A stretch of DNA of 64,000 nt from an uncultured virus (IMG/VR IMGVR_UViG_3300032282_003852) (IMGVR_UViG_3300032282_003852), one strand, 5' to 3'; counted from the first letter of the stretch, positions 37,587 through 46,058 are shown. Notes: a model not told the origin generated them from the letters alone. Program-made: numbers and translations.

Positions 37587-38756
37587 TCACAGACCCTCGT
37601 AAAGCATCCTGACGTACTTCCTTGCCTGAGCATCGGAGATTTCCGTCCATACCCCCTTATCAAAGAAAGACCCTTTAGGTTTTATAGCACCATTGGTCAA
37701 GAGGTTTACAATGTTGGGGGGGAAGCCGTCCTTAGCCATTTCAGCCAACACCCTTGACCTGTTGACCCATACCTGCTTTAGCAAAGGTGCCCTATCAAGC
37801 AAGGTCGTATTAGTAGATGCGTTAGCACTTAAGGCGCTCCTCAATAGCTCCCCTCCAGTACCCTTCCATCTCCTAACCTGGTAATCCCCGTTTCCCCCTT
37901 GTGCAAAAGCCCCCATTGCCTCTGCAAAAGCAGCTTTAGGGCTAATTACAGATAGCCCGAAGTCAACAAATCTCCCCTTTCCGCTACTGTCCACCAAAAC
38001 ATTGCCAATGTGCATGTCATTGTGGGCAATGCCAGCCTTATGGAGTTCAGCCCTAGCCTTCCAGTAGGCATCCGCCACTCTCTGCCCCCCAATCTTGTCA
38101 TCGGGCTCCCTAACTTTGCCAATCATCTCGCCAGGGACAGCAGTCATTGCTACCCTGCCTATCCTCATGTCAAAAGAAGCCGGATCTGACGGTGAAACCA
38201 AGCCATCCTCTTGAGCCGCTATCAGCCTGGGTCCAAGGCCTAACTTACCAACTTTCTCAAGGGCCTCAGCCTCTTCCTTTCCTATCTCCCCCCTTTTAAC
38301 AACATTGCCAGATCCCCCCTCTGTGGTGACAGTTCCGTAAGCCCCTTCACCTAAAAACTTTGATCCGGATCCCTTTGACCTTTCCCAGTCATAACCCTTG
38401 TCCCCCCTTTCAGATGAAACCCCTTTCTTATCGATTGTATCATCAACTTCGTCTGCTATTGTTCTAGCTTCGGCAGTTCTGTTGGTTAAAATAGACGCAG
38501 CGGCCGGAGTTGGTTGTTTTTGGCTTGTTCCCCTAGTCTGAACCGTGTCTCTAGTTTTGGACAGTCCGTTTGACATTGCCCACGGAAAGTCAACCCAACA
38601 AACTTTAGTGTTGTTAATACAGGCGGCCCCACAAGACTTCCCTTTCTTGCACCTTTTCCTTGCCCCTTGGGAAACCATGCCCCCCATTCTCTTCATCTGG
38701 GCTCTCTTAGCCTGGTTGATACGCTTCTCAGGCACTGCCTCAAGTGAGTTGGTCAT
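37587..38756 (-). CDS. protein-kinase-like enzyme (copy 4) with Cys4 tag
   Basis: GEGAYGTV, VVKRGEIG..EE, HNDMHIGN, DFG; RCKKGKSCGAACINNTKVC. Confidence 0.85.
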   Translation of the reverse strand: MTNSLEAVPEKRINQAKRAQMKRMGGMVSQGARKRCKKGKSCGAACINNTKVCWVDFPWAMSNGLSKTRDTVQTRGTSQKQPTPAAASILTNRTAEARTIADEVDDTIDKKGVSSERGDKGYDWERSKGSGSKFLGEGAYGTVTTEGGSGNVVKRGEIGKEEAEALEKVGKLGLGPRLIAAQEDGLVSPSDPASFDMRIGRVAMTAVPGEMIGKVREPDDKIGGQRVADAYWKARAELHKAGIAHNDMHIGNVLVDSSGKGRFVDFGLSVISPKAAFAEAMGAFAQGGNGDYQVRRWKGTGGELLRSALSANASTNTTLLDRAPLLKQVWVNRSRVLAEMAKDGFPPNIVNLLTNGAIKPKGSFFDKGVWTEISDAQARKYVRMLYEGL

Positions 38757-38779
38757 TTAACTCATTCATTATTTTTTTT

Positions 38780-39805
38780 TTAAGTTTTACCCCTGTAAAA
38801 TGTATTGATCAGGGACATTGCTTGCCTGTCGTTAATCTTGTCCCATCCACCCCCACTTACATAATCCCCAAAGGAAACCTGCATCCTTGACATTTCCTTC
38901 TTAGTGACACCTAGAGATAGAAGTCTCTCCCGAACATCGTCCAAGTTTCCCTGAGAGCCAAACTGTCTCATGGCTTCTGCTAAGGCGTATTTGGGCGAGA
39001 TTCTGGCCATCCCAAAGTCCACAAGGTGAACCTTACCACCCTTGTCAACAAAGATGTTCCCATCATGTAGGTCATTATGGGAAACCCCTGTTTTATGTAG
39101 TATGGACACAGCCGCCATAATAGCTCTACCTGACGTACCACCCTCTATTCCACCAGGGATGTCCCTCAAACGTCTCCCTGGAACCTTTGACATTGCTATG
39201 GCACCTTCAGGGTAATCAGAATCTTCCCTGTTGACCTTAGATACCCTGGCGGCGATCAGTCTGGGACCAACCCCCAACTCACCGGCTCTTCTTATTGCCT
39301 CCACCTCTTGAGGCCCAATCTCTCCCACTTTAACGCCAACACCTCCGGGATACTTCTTACTACCACCTCTGACCAAGTCTCCGGCTGGCACAGTTGCAAA
39401 CTGGCCAAATGCCCCTTCTCCTATAAAGTTTACCTTGTCCCTAAGGGCAGAACTCCACCTAACAACCCCTTCCTTATAGTCACCGTCAACTATAGAGACA
39501 TCCTTCTTATCTAAACTTCCTAATCTTTCAAAAACTTTCTTGAAATACTTCTTGTTCCATTCCTTCTCTTCATCAGATAAAGCAGGTTGGGTGGATCTTT
39601 GAACCAGGGAACGAACCCTATTTATTTCTGACCTTACCGACAAAGACGCTTCTATCAGGCACAACTTAGCTCTATTGATGCAAGAGGCACCACATGACTT
39701 CCCTCTGCGACACTTCCTCTTTCCCTCAAGAAAAAGAGGCCCAGGTACCTCAACCTGAGCCCTCTCTCCCTTCCCCACATAGTTTTTAGAAAGCCATGTA
39801 GTCAT
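38780..39805 (-). CDS. protein-kinase-like enzyme (copy 5) with Cys4 tag
   Basis: GEGAFG, GVKVGEIG..QE, HNDLHDGN, DFG; KCRRGKSCGASCINRAKLC. Confidence 0.85.
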   Translation of the reverse strand: MTTWLSKNYVGKGERAQVEVPGPLFLEGKRKCRRGKSCGASCINRAKLCLIEASLSVRSEINRVRSLVQRSTQPALSDEEKEWNKKYFKKVFERLGSLDKKDVSIVDGDYKEGVVRWSSALRDKVNFIGEGAFGQFATVPAGDLVRGGSKKYPGGVGVKVGEIGPQEVEAIRRAGELGVGPRLIAARVSKVNREDSDYPEGAIAMSKVPGRRLRDIPGGIEGGTSGRAIMAAVSILHKTGVSHNDLHDGNIFVDKGGKVHLVDFGMARISPKYALAEAMRQFGSQGNLDDVRERLLSLGVTKKEMSRMQVSFGDYVSGGGWDKINDRQAMSLINTFYRGKT

Positions 39806-39811
39806 TTACTC

Positions 39812-40576
39812 TCACTCTTCTTCTTCGCCTAGAATTTCGTCCACCAAGCGGTCAATCTCTTCATCATTCAGTTCCTCAGACTCTTCGACAACCTCCTCGT
39901 CCTCTGAATCAGGAGGTGGGTTTTCCTCCTCCCCATCCTCGGACTCTTCACCTTCACCAGGCTCCAGATCATTGATCATGTCCTCTAACTCCTCGTTAGA
40001 AACCTCACGGTTCTTAGCAGCCTCCCTTTCTTCAGCTTCTTCCTCAGCCTCAATCTCTTCAAGTATTTCTTGTATTAGGGATTCAAGTTCCTCTTCAGAG
40101 GCAACTTCTTCCTCTACCTCTTCTTCAACCTCTTCAACTTCCTCCTCTCTCTCAGATAGCAACCTATCGATCAAACTTTCAAGTTCACTATCCTCCATCT
40201 CTTCCTCATCTTCCTCATCTTCCTCATCGTCCCCACCGTTGTAGATATCGTCGGCAAACCTCTCCTCTTCCTCCAGATCAGAGAGAACCTCATCTACGAG
40301 CTGATCAAACTCTTCTTCCGACAGCTCTCCTTCATCCTCAAAGTCTTCCTCAAGCTCTAGGATTTGATTGGGGACAAAAGCTCTGTCAGTTCCTGGGTTA
40401 GCTTTCCAAAGCCCTGTATGCTGAATCCATGGAGAGATGTTGGTGATTTCCCCAGTAGGCAGTCCCGTGTAGTTATCAACCTCTAGGTCTTCCGGCTTAA
40501 CTTCCCTTTGAGCATAGGCGGCTCTGAAAGCCTCCAACGCATCCATCCCGAAGTCACCGCTAATTCTGTTGTTCAT
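39812..40576 (-). CDS. extremely acidic protein (scaffold/internal-protein-like)
   Basis: Glu-rich C-terminal two-thirds with repeated E(L/F/I)xxL(I/V)xx(I/L/V)L helices. Confidence 0.75.
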   Translation of the reverse strand: MNNRISGDFGMDALEAFRAAYAQREVKPEDLEVDNYTGLPTGEITNISPWIQHTGLWKANPGTDRAFVPNQILELEEDFEDEGELSEEEFDQLVDEVLSDLEEEERFADDIYNGGDDEEDEEDEEEMEDSELESLIDRLLSEREEEVEEVEEEVEEEVASEEELESLIQEILEEIEAEEEAEEREAAKNREVSNEELEDMINDLEPGEGEESEDGEEENPPPDSEDEEVVEESEELNDEEIDRLVDEILGEEEE

Positions 40577-40618
40577 TGTTTCTATGAAAGTTTAGTAAAG
40601 TTTTACCCTTTGTAAAGC

Positions 40619-40984
40619 TCACCGGGTTTGTATCTTACCCGTGATGTCTTGCAAGAGTTTAGAGTTGCCTTGAAGGGTCTCTTGGTACTGCTTCACAGCG
40701 TGTCTAACCTCTGCCCTTAACTTACCCTCTTCTATCAGCCTAGCCCTATGCTCTTCGGGAGTCTCTGCCGCATCAACCATTAACTTACCAGAATCATCAG
40801 TCGTAACCCCTTTGGGGAGTTTTGCTGGTGGGGGCAGTTCTTGGTTTACCTCCCGAGTCAATCTGTCCATAACCTTATCCATGCCAGGGGACAACGATTT
40901 CCTACAAACCCCGTCAGCATCTACATCCGTTGGACCACAGGGAACCTTAAAAAGTTTTTCAATCTTTTCCTTTTTTGTCGGCAT
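40619..40984 (-). CDS. hypothetical protein
   Basis: ORF track; in operon. Confidence 0.65.
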   Translation of the reverse strand: MPTKKEKIEKLFKVPCGPTDVDADGVCRKSLSPGMDKVMDRLTREVNQELPPPAKLPKGVTTDDSGKLMVDAAETPEEHRARLIEEGKLRAEVRHAVKQYQETLQGNSKLLQDITGKIQTR

Positions 40985-41002
40985 TTTTATACAGGGTTGT
41001 GG

Positions 41003-41326
41003 TTAAGCAGATTTGCGCTCAGATGGGTGCCAAGTATTGAAGTAGTCCGGGTAGTGCCTGTTTTTCTTCCTCTCCTTTAGGGGCCTGTCGGAACTCTTGT
41101 TAGCCTCACGCATTGCAATGATAAGAGTGTCACGCATTGCCCTTAACTTCTCGTGTGGGACTGTGCAATGTGGACTGTCACGATAGGCCCTGAAAGCATG
41201 GGCCACATCTGACGGATCTGAACACCTGAGCATGAAGCTCCATACGGCACTTGTTTGACTATCTGACAAAGTGCCTGGGGGCAACATTTCCTCTATCTTC
41301 TCTCTGGGCGGTCTGGGGAAGTTCAC
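41003..41326 (-). CDS. hypothetical protein
   Basis: ORF track; GGGTAAAA at 41356-41363. Confidence 0.65.
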   Translation of the reverse strand: MNFPRPPREKIEEMLPPGTLSDSQTSAVWSFMLRCSDPSDVAHAFRAYRDSPHCTVPHEKLRAMRDTLIIAMREANKSSDRPLKERKKNRHYPDYFNTWHPSERKSA

Positions 41327-41367
41327 TTCACCATGGGTTGGAACGTTATCTAAGGTTTTACCCCTAC

Positions 41368-42399
41368 TTAGACCCCTTTGTAAAGTATTTCGATTGCCTT
41401 CCTAGCATCATCATTACTGAGCCTTTTCCAGAACCCTTGCTTAAACTCCCCGTCTCCCCTCCTAATCTCCATCTCAAACAATTCCTGGTATACTTGGTTT
41501 CGGGATAGTCCTCGGCTCAGTAGGAAGTCCCTTACTCTGGGCAAGTTATCTTTGACAACAGCCCCCAACCCGGTATCCGTCGATCCCTTAAACTGCCAGT
41601 TTCCACCAGTGATTGCCCCTACTGCCTCAAGTAAAGCTGCCTTGGGGGACACCTGGGCAAGTCCAAAATCCACAAAGTACGCCTTTCCGTTTGCGCTTAA
41701 AAGGACATTGCCTCCGTGCATGTCGTTATGAGCCACTCCTGCCTTATGGAGACCAGCAGCAGCTCTCCAAAGCATGTCAGACTTTGACTCCCCTCCCCAC
41801 ACTTCAGGAGCTTTATTGTAAGACAAAGCCCCAACCTTTGTCATAGCTATGGCACCCTTACGAAACTGATTACCATAGTTATCAGTCTCCTCTCTATTGG
41901 ATGTCTTAGCCCCAAGCAACTTTGGACCTATCCCATTGTCCCCGGCGATCCTTAAAGCCTCTAGCTCATGTGTCCCTATTCGACCGGTTTTGACCCCGAC
42001 TCTTAAACCCCTACCTTCTTCTCCTAACAAAGATGTAGCAGGCATCGTTACGAACGCCCCATAGTCTCCCCCGCCCACGTATTTCGCTCCCCCACCTAAG
42101 GCAGATGCCCAGTTAATGTCTTTTTCCTTAAACTCCCCATCAACACGCTTGATCCGTCCCTCGTCCTGAAGACCCTGAAGTACCCGTTTTGCCTCTGTTT
42201 GAGCGGCAACATTGTTGTCGTAGGTCTTTGCCTTGACAGATGGGGACAATGTATAGGGGGCTGACCTAATTCTCTCTACTGCCCCTCTTGCCGAGGCTGT
42301 AGACCTACTGGTTTCCAGCCCTAAATCCTTGAGGCAGCGTTCACTAGCATCTATGCAAGTTGCACCGCACGGCTTCCCTTTTTGGCAGTTTCTCCTCAT
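41368..42399 (-). CDS. protein-kinase-like enzyme (copy 6) with Cys4 tag
   Basis: GGGDYG, GVKTGRIG..HE, HNDMHGGN, DFG; NCQKGKPCGATCIDASERC. Confidence 0.85.
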   Translation of the reverse strand: MRRNCQKGKPCGATCIDASERCLKDLGLETSRSTASARGAVERIRSAPYTLSPSVKAKTYDNNVAAQTEAKRVLQGLQDEGRIKRVDGEFKEKDINWASALGGGAKYVGGGDYGAFVTMPATSLLGEEGRGLRVGVKTGRIGTHELEALRIAGDNGIGPKLLGAKTSNREETDNYGNQFRKGAIAMTKVGALSYNKAPEVWGGESKSDMLWRAAAGLHKAGVAHNDMHGGNVLLSANGKAYFVDFGLAQVSPKAALLEAVGAITGGNWQFKGSTDTGLGAVVKDNLPRVRDFLLSRGLSRNQVYQELFEMEIRRGDGEFKQGFWKRLSNDDARKAIEILYKGV

Positions 42400-42435
42400 T
42401 ACTATAAGCTAGCTCTATAGAGATTTACCCTCCAC

Positions 42436-42463
42436 AAAGAAAGGCCACCCTTGAGGATGGCCT
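42436..42463 (-). terminator. intrinsic terminator after phoH
   Basis: AGGCCATCC-tcaa-GGGTGGCCT followed by TTCTTT. Confidence 0.65.
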
Positions 42464-42491
42464 ATGCTCTGAAACTGATGCCTATTGCCGA

Positions 42492-43313
42492 TCAGGACTC
42501 ATAAGCATTGATGATTTCTGTGATGATACCATTCCTAACGATGTCGTCAGGTGAGAACTGAACTGTCCCAATTCCGGGAATATCCCCAAGCCTGTGGTAG
42601 GCATCCAGTAGGCCAGAGTTTCGGTTGAAAACGCCAAGGTCAACTTGCCTAGTATCCCCCGTAACAACAATCTTGGACCTTTCACCTGTTCTGGTCAGGA
42701 CGGCCTTTGTCTGATCAATCGTGGAGTTCTGAGCTTCGTCGAAGATGATGAAGGCGTCGTTTAGGCTTCTCCCCCTAATGTCTTCTAGCAAAACCGGGTG
42801 GATAATCTTCTTGGAGAGAAGGTACTCAGCGGCCCCATTGCTCCTCATGATGATGGATAAATTGTCGAAAACAGGGGCAACCAAAGGAGCCATCTTTTCG
42901 TCAAGGGTTCCTGGCAAAGCTCCTCTCCCCCTTTGGTGGTCAACTCCTACATCACTTCTGATGTAATAGATGGTTCGGAAATGGCCTAGACTCAGGTGAT
43001 GGAGACCGTACCACAGGGAGACCAGAGTCTTTCCGGTGCCGCTTGCTCCAATAGCAATGGTAACAGTCTCTTTGTCAAGGGTGTTCCACAAAAGGTCTTG
43101 CTTTTTGGTTTTAGCATAGAAGGGGTTAATGTCCATCCCCCTGCTAGAGGGGATTCTCTCTTCTACTTGACGACGGACTTTGCGCTTTTCTTTACTTGTA
43201 AGCATTAGGGATAAAGGATTAGTGACAACATTGGATAACATGTATGCTTCGTTGCTTATAAGGGTCACATCATAAAGACCCCCCTCCCCCAAATTATTTG
43301 ATTGACGAGCCAT
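42492..43313 (-). CDS. phoH: PhoH family ATPase
   Basis: GASGTGKT, GALPGTLDEKM, RGRSLNDAFIIFDEAQN, VTGDTRQVD. Confidence 0.93.
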   Translation of the reverse strand: MARQSNNLGEGGLYDVTLISNEAYMLSNVVTNPLSLMLTSKEKRKVRRQVEERIPSSRGMDINPFYAKTKKQDLLWNTLDKETVTIAIGASGTGKTLVSLWYGLHHLSLGHFRTIYYIRSDVGVDHQRGRGALPGTLDEKMAPLVAPVFDNLSIIMRSNGAAEYLLSKKIIHPVLLEDIRGRSLNDAFIIFDEAQNSTIDQTKAVLTRTGERSKIVVTGDTRQVDLGVFNRNSGLLDAYHRLGDIPGIGTVQFSPDDIVRNGIITEIINAYES

Positions 43314-43364
43314 ATCAAGAGGGTAAACTCGACACCTTTCTTTTACCCCTGCCGCATAAGCAAC

Positions 43365-43389
43365 AAAAAACCCCTCCTGGGGGGAGGGG
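43365..43389 (-). terminator. intrinsic terminator
   Basis: CCCCTCC/GGAGGGG stem followed by T6 on the minus strand. Confidence 0.65.
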
Positions 43390-43417
43390 CTCTATGTAAT
43401 AGGTTGTCAGCGGGGCC

Positions 43418-43567
43418 CTAACCTGTGGTCACTCCCTTGGCAGGTTCACCTGGGGTACCCTCACCATCGGATGCCCCCTCCACATCATTCACATCTGCCA
43501 GATCCCCGTAGTCGAAAACCTCTGCGGGAAGGTCGGTAAACTCAGTCCAGTGCTCCGGGTTCTGCAT
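43418..43567 (-). CDS. small acidic peptide (49 aa)
   Basis: MQNPEHWTEFTDLPAEVFDYGDLADVNDVEG..; SD GAGGAG; TGC-TATAAT at 43589-43597; terminator downstream. Confidence 0.55.
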   Translation of the reverse strand: MQNPEHWTEFTDLPAEVFDYGDLADVNDVEGASDGEGTPGEPAKGVTTG

Positions 43568-43611
43568 AGCTCCTCTGAGGCTGTCCCCATTATAGCAGAA
43601 CTGGGGAGTCC

Positions 43612-43681
43612 TTGCAGACATGGGGGTCTGTGGTAGAATAGAGGGGTAAGGCGGCAGGGCCGCCACTGCTTCAGAACCATG
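43612..43681 (+). promoter_or_regulatory. early promoter plus stem-loop leader cassette 1
   Basis: TTGCAG..TGG-TAGAAT then GGGGTAAGGCGG-caggg-CCGCCACTGCTTCAGAACCATG. Confidence 0.7.
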
Positions 43682-43873
43682 TCTCAAGCTAGGTACCGTG
43701 TCGAAGTCACTACTTCTGAGAAGATTGGACGTCGCCGTGTTCCTGTCACCCTCATTGTGGCAGATGGGTTCCTCAATGTCCATGAGGCGATCCGTAAAGC
43801 CGATGAGCTGAGGCCGGAGTACCCCGGTGCTCTGGTTGCTACGGTTGGTTACACCCCCGGTGCGCCAGTCTGA
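43679..43873 (+). CDS. hypothetical early protein (64 aa)
   Basis: ATG directly after leader cassette 1. Confidence 0.7.
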   Translation: MSQARYRVEVTTSEKIGRRRVPVTLIVADGFLNVHEAIRKADELRPEYPGALVATVGYTPGAPV

Positions 43874-43877
43874 TCGA

Positions 43878-44261
43878 TCAATCGTAGTAGGAGTTGTCGT
43901 AACCTCGGGATGCCCCTCTTTCCATCTCAAGCTCAAGGATTCTCCTCCGTATCTCAGCTCTCCTCTTGCTCCCTTCGGGGAGCTTCTTGTACTCTCTGTT
44001 GAGCTTGTTGATTTCATTAGAGCTTATCCCAGCGGAAACACCACTCCCGCCAGCATGGGGGGACAGGCGTTTGTTAGATCCAAAGTAGGTATGTTTATTG
44101 CCATGCTTTCTCCTGACTAACTGCCTGGCGTATTTAAGCTGAGCTACCAACTCAGGGTGCATGTTCATCACACATAGGTACATCTTGGAAATGCACGTGG
44201 TCCCACAACTTTTGCCCAGAGTACACCTTTTTCTCCCTGCAGACCCACCTTTCTTTGCCAT
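43878..44261 (-). CDS. Cys4-tagged basic non-kinase protein
   Basis: RCTLGKSCGTTCISKMYLC; GGGTAAA at 44286-44292. Confidence 0.7.
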   Translation of the reverse strand: MAKKGGSAGRKRCTLGKSCGTTCISKMYLCVMNMHPELVAQLKYARQLVRRKHGNKHTYFGSNKRLSPHAGGSGVSAGISSNEINKLNREYKKLPEGSKRRAEIRRRILELEMERGASRGYDNSYYD

Positions 44262-44370
44262 TTTTCACCATATAGCTATAACAACTTTACCCAACACCAG
44301 TAATCCCGGCGAGAGCACCAAGGTATGTCCGGGTAAATATTAAGGATTGTGAACAAGGGCGGCTGGTGGC

Positions 44371-44435
44371 TCGCACCGATGGGGAGCGGTCGCTATAATA
44401 TGGGGGTAAGGGCGGCTGAGCTGCCCACTGCTTCA
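44371..44435 (+). promoter_or_regulatory. early promoter plus stem-loop leader cassette 2
   Basis: TATAAT at 44394-44399 then GGGGGTAAGGGCGG-ctgag-CTGCCCACTGCTTCA. Confidence 0.65.
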
Positions 44436-44441
44436 CCCCAC

Positions 44442-44663
44442 ATGGTTAACCCCATGACCCACCCCCTGGAAGCCCTTCAGGAGATGGCTGACGACAACGG
44501 CACCGTCCCCTACCGCTTTGCCCTGGCGGCGGCCGAGACCCTGCGGATCGAGAACCCCTTCGAGGGTGTCTATGGTGAGTACCAGGATTGGTTCGATGAG
44601 GGTAACAACCCCCTCGGCGTTGATGTTGGGGAATTCGTTGCCTGGGTTCAATCTCTCGCCTGA
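44442..44663 (+). CDS. hypothetical acidic early protein (start refined to ATG 44442; could be 44454)
   Basis: follows leader cassette 2; terminator downstream. Confidence 0.7.
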   Translation: MVNPMTHPLEALQEMADDNGTVPYRFALAAAETLRIENPFEGVYGEYQDWFDEGNNPLGVDVGEFVAWVQSLA

Positions 44664-44677
44664 CACTCCTTGTAGAT

Positions 44678-44710
44678 GCCTCGGCTCCCTTGGGCCGGGG
44701 CTTTCTTTTT
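44678..44710 (+). terminator. intrinsic terminator
   Basis: GCCTCGGCTC-cctt-GGGCCGGGGC followed by TTTCTTTTT. Confidence 0.7.
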
Positions 44711-44832
44711 CCGTAACTATTCCGATTCCTTTCCAATGTGTGGAGTCAAGGGTTTTTCGATCCAGGGGGGGTTGCACATCCTGTCTGAGTCGTTAAGGTT
44801 CCAGGGTCAGGCATCTAAACCTTCTCGACCAA

Positions 44833-45105
44833 ATGACCATCCTTGGTATCCCCCGTAAAGACCTTTCTTTCGGAAACGAAGCTGAAACAGTAAAGAAGTG
44901 GACTGCTTCCAGCCGTGACGTTGAGGTCACGATGCTCAAGCGTCAAGAGACCTACTCCATCCTCTCCTTCATCGTTTGCCCACCCAGGGGTGAGGCATTC
45001 TCTGCGGAGGAACACGAGATCCTTTTTGGGGTCGATGCCTTTGAGACCACCGACTTGAGAGAGGCGGAGGAGGAGTTTAACAAGTACCATAACAATTTCA
45101 TCTAA
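44833..45105 (+). CDS. hypothetical early protein (90 aa)
   Basis: ORF track; lies between two plus-strand terminators. Confidence 0.65.
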   Translation: MTILGIPRKDLSFGNEAETVKKWTASSRDVEVTMLKRQETYSILSFIVCPPRGEAFSAEEHEILFGVDAFETTDLREAEEEFNKYHNNFI

Positions 45106-45178
45106 GAAAAAGGAAAAGTTTTCTCTTTTTTCTAAAAACTTTTAAGAGATAGTATCTCTTGTCGGTAACACCTAAGAG

Positions 45179-45205
45179 GCCCCTGGCGTAAGCCGGGGCT
45201 TTTTT
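45179..45205 (+). terminator. intrinsic terminator
   Basis: GCCCCTGGC-gtaa-GCCGGGGC followed by T6. Confidence 0.65.
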
Positions 45206-45268
45206 GTGCGTGCTGTCAACCCCCTTGGGCCAATGTTTTCTTTTGCTGACAGGGGGCAGGTACGGGGG

Positions 45269-45339
45269 TTGCGCTCAGGGGGCCAAGGGTGTAGAATATA
45301 GGGGTAAGGCGGTTGAGCCGCCACTGCTTCAGAACCATG
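45269..45339 (+). promoter_or_regulatory. early promoter plus stem-loop leader cassette 3
   Basis: TTGCGC-17 nt-TAGAAT then GGGGTAAGGCGG-ttgag-CCGCCACTGCTTCAGAACCATG. Confidence 0.7.
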
Positions 45340-46011
45340 AACTACGAGATCACCACCAACGCTGGCAAGGTCATCCGTTTCACCACCGAACTGGCTGTCG
45401 CCGAAGCTTTCAAGATTGTGGCCGAGCTGCCCCGGACCGACTTCCTGGGTTGGGTGCTCAAGGGCCAGGACAAGAACTGGGAGAAGAACAACCTGTGGGC
45501 ACTGAAGGTTGCTCAGGAAACCCTGGATGCTCGCACTCCTGCCCCCCAGACGGAGGTTCCCGAGACCGTGGGTCAATTCCTCAACCTGGTCGCCACGGTG
45601 AACCGTATGCAGGAAGGGGCCAAGCGTCAGGTCATCCTGCGCTTTGAGGGTGCCACGGTTAAGGCTGTCACCAAGGGCGTCAATGCTGGGGCTGTCTATG
45701 CTTATCGTCCTGACGGTGCCTGTGCCGGTAAGATCACCCCTTCCGGTGTGTTCTACGGTGATGAGAATCTGACGGGTGCCCTGACCCGTGCCGCTAAGAA
45801 CCCTCAGGAGGCTGCCGTGGCCTACGGTCGCCAAACCGGAAACTGTAGCTGCTGCGGCCGGGACCTGACCGACCCCGTGAGCATCTTCGGTGGCATCGGC
45901 CCGATCTGCCTGGGCAAGCTGGCTGGCCCGGATGCCCGTGCCGAACTGGTGGCAGACTTCAAGGAGTTTCAGGCCGCTCAGATGCTGGATGCAGTTCTGG
46001 CCATGGCCTGA
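45337..46011 (+). CDS. DUF6011-like zinc-binding domain protein
   Basis: YGRQTGNCSCCGRDLTDPVSIFGGIGPIC; start refined to the ATG after the leader. Confidence 0.8.
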   Translation: MNYEITTNAGKVIRFTTELAVAEAFKIVAELPRTDFLGWVLKGQDKNWEKNNLWALKVAQETLDARTPAPQTEVPETVGQFLNLVATVNRMQEGAKRQVILRFEGATVKAVTKGVNAGAVYAYRPDGACAGKITPSGVFYGDENLTGALTRAAKNPQEAAVAYGRQTGNCSCCGRDLTDPVSIFGGIGPICLGKLAGPDARAELVADFKEFQAAQMLDAVLAMA

Positions 46012-46030
46012 GGGTGAGAGTTGCGTATTG

Positions 46031-46058
46031 AGGGGGGCTCAGCCCCCCTTTTTTTTTT
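46031..46058 (+). terminator. intrinsic terminator
   Basis: GGGGGGC-tca-GCCCCCC followed by T10. Confidence 0.75.

Noticed and set aside
43418..44017. 199-aa minus-strand ORF as listed in the track
   Set aside because: Overlaps two better-supported genes and a promoter cassette; only the last 49 codons have an SD and promoter
45106..45170. AT-rich stretch with inverted repeats (AAGAGATA-g-TATCTCTT) as a possible origin
   Set aside because: Short, with no iterons or replication genes nearby; insufficient support
44433..45834. Minus-strand ORFs 44433, 44446, 44815, 45172 and plus-strand 45204
   Set aside because: Shadows of GC-rich plus-strand genes that have leaders or terminators
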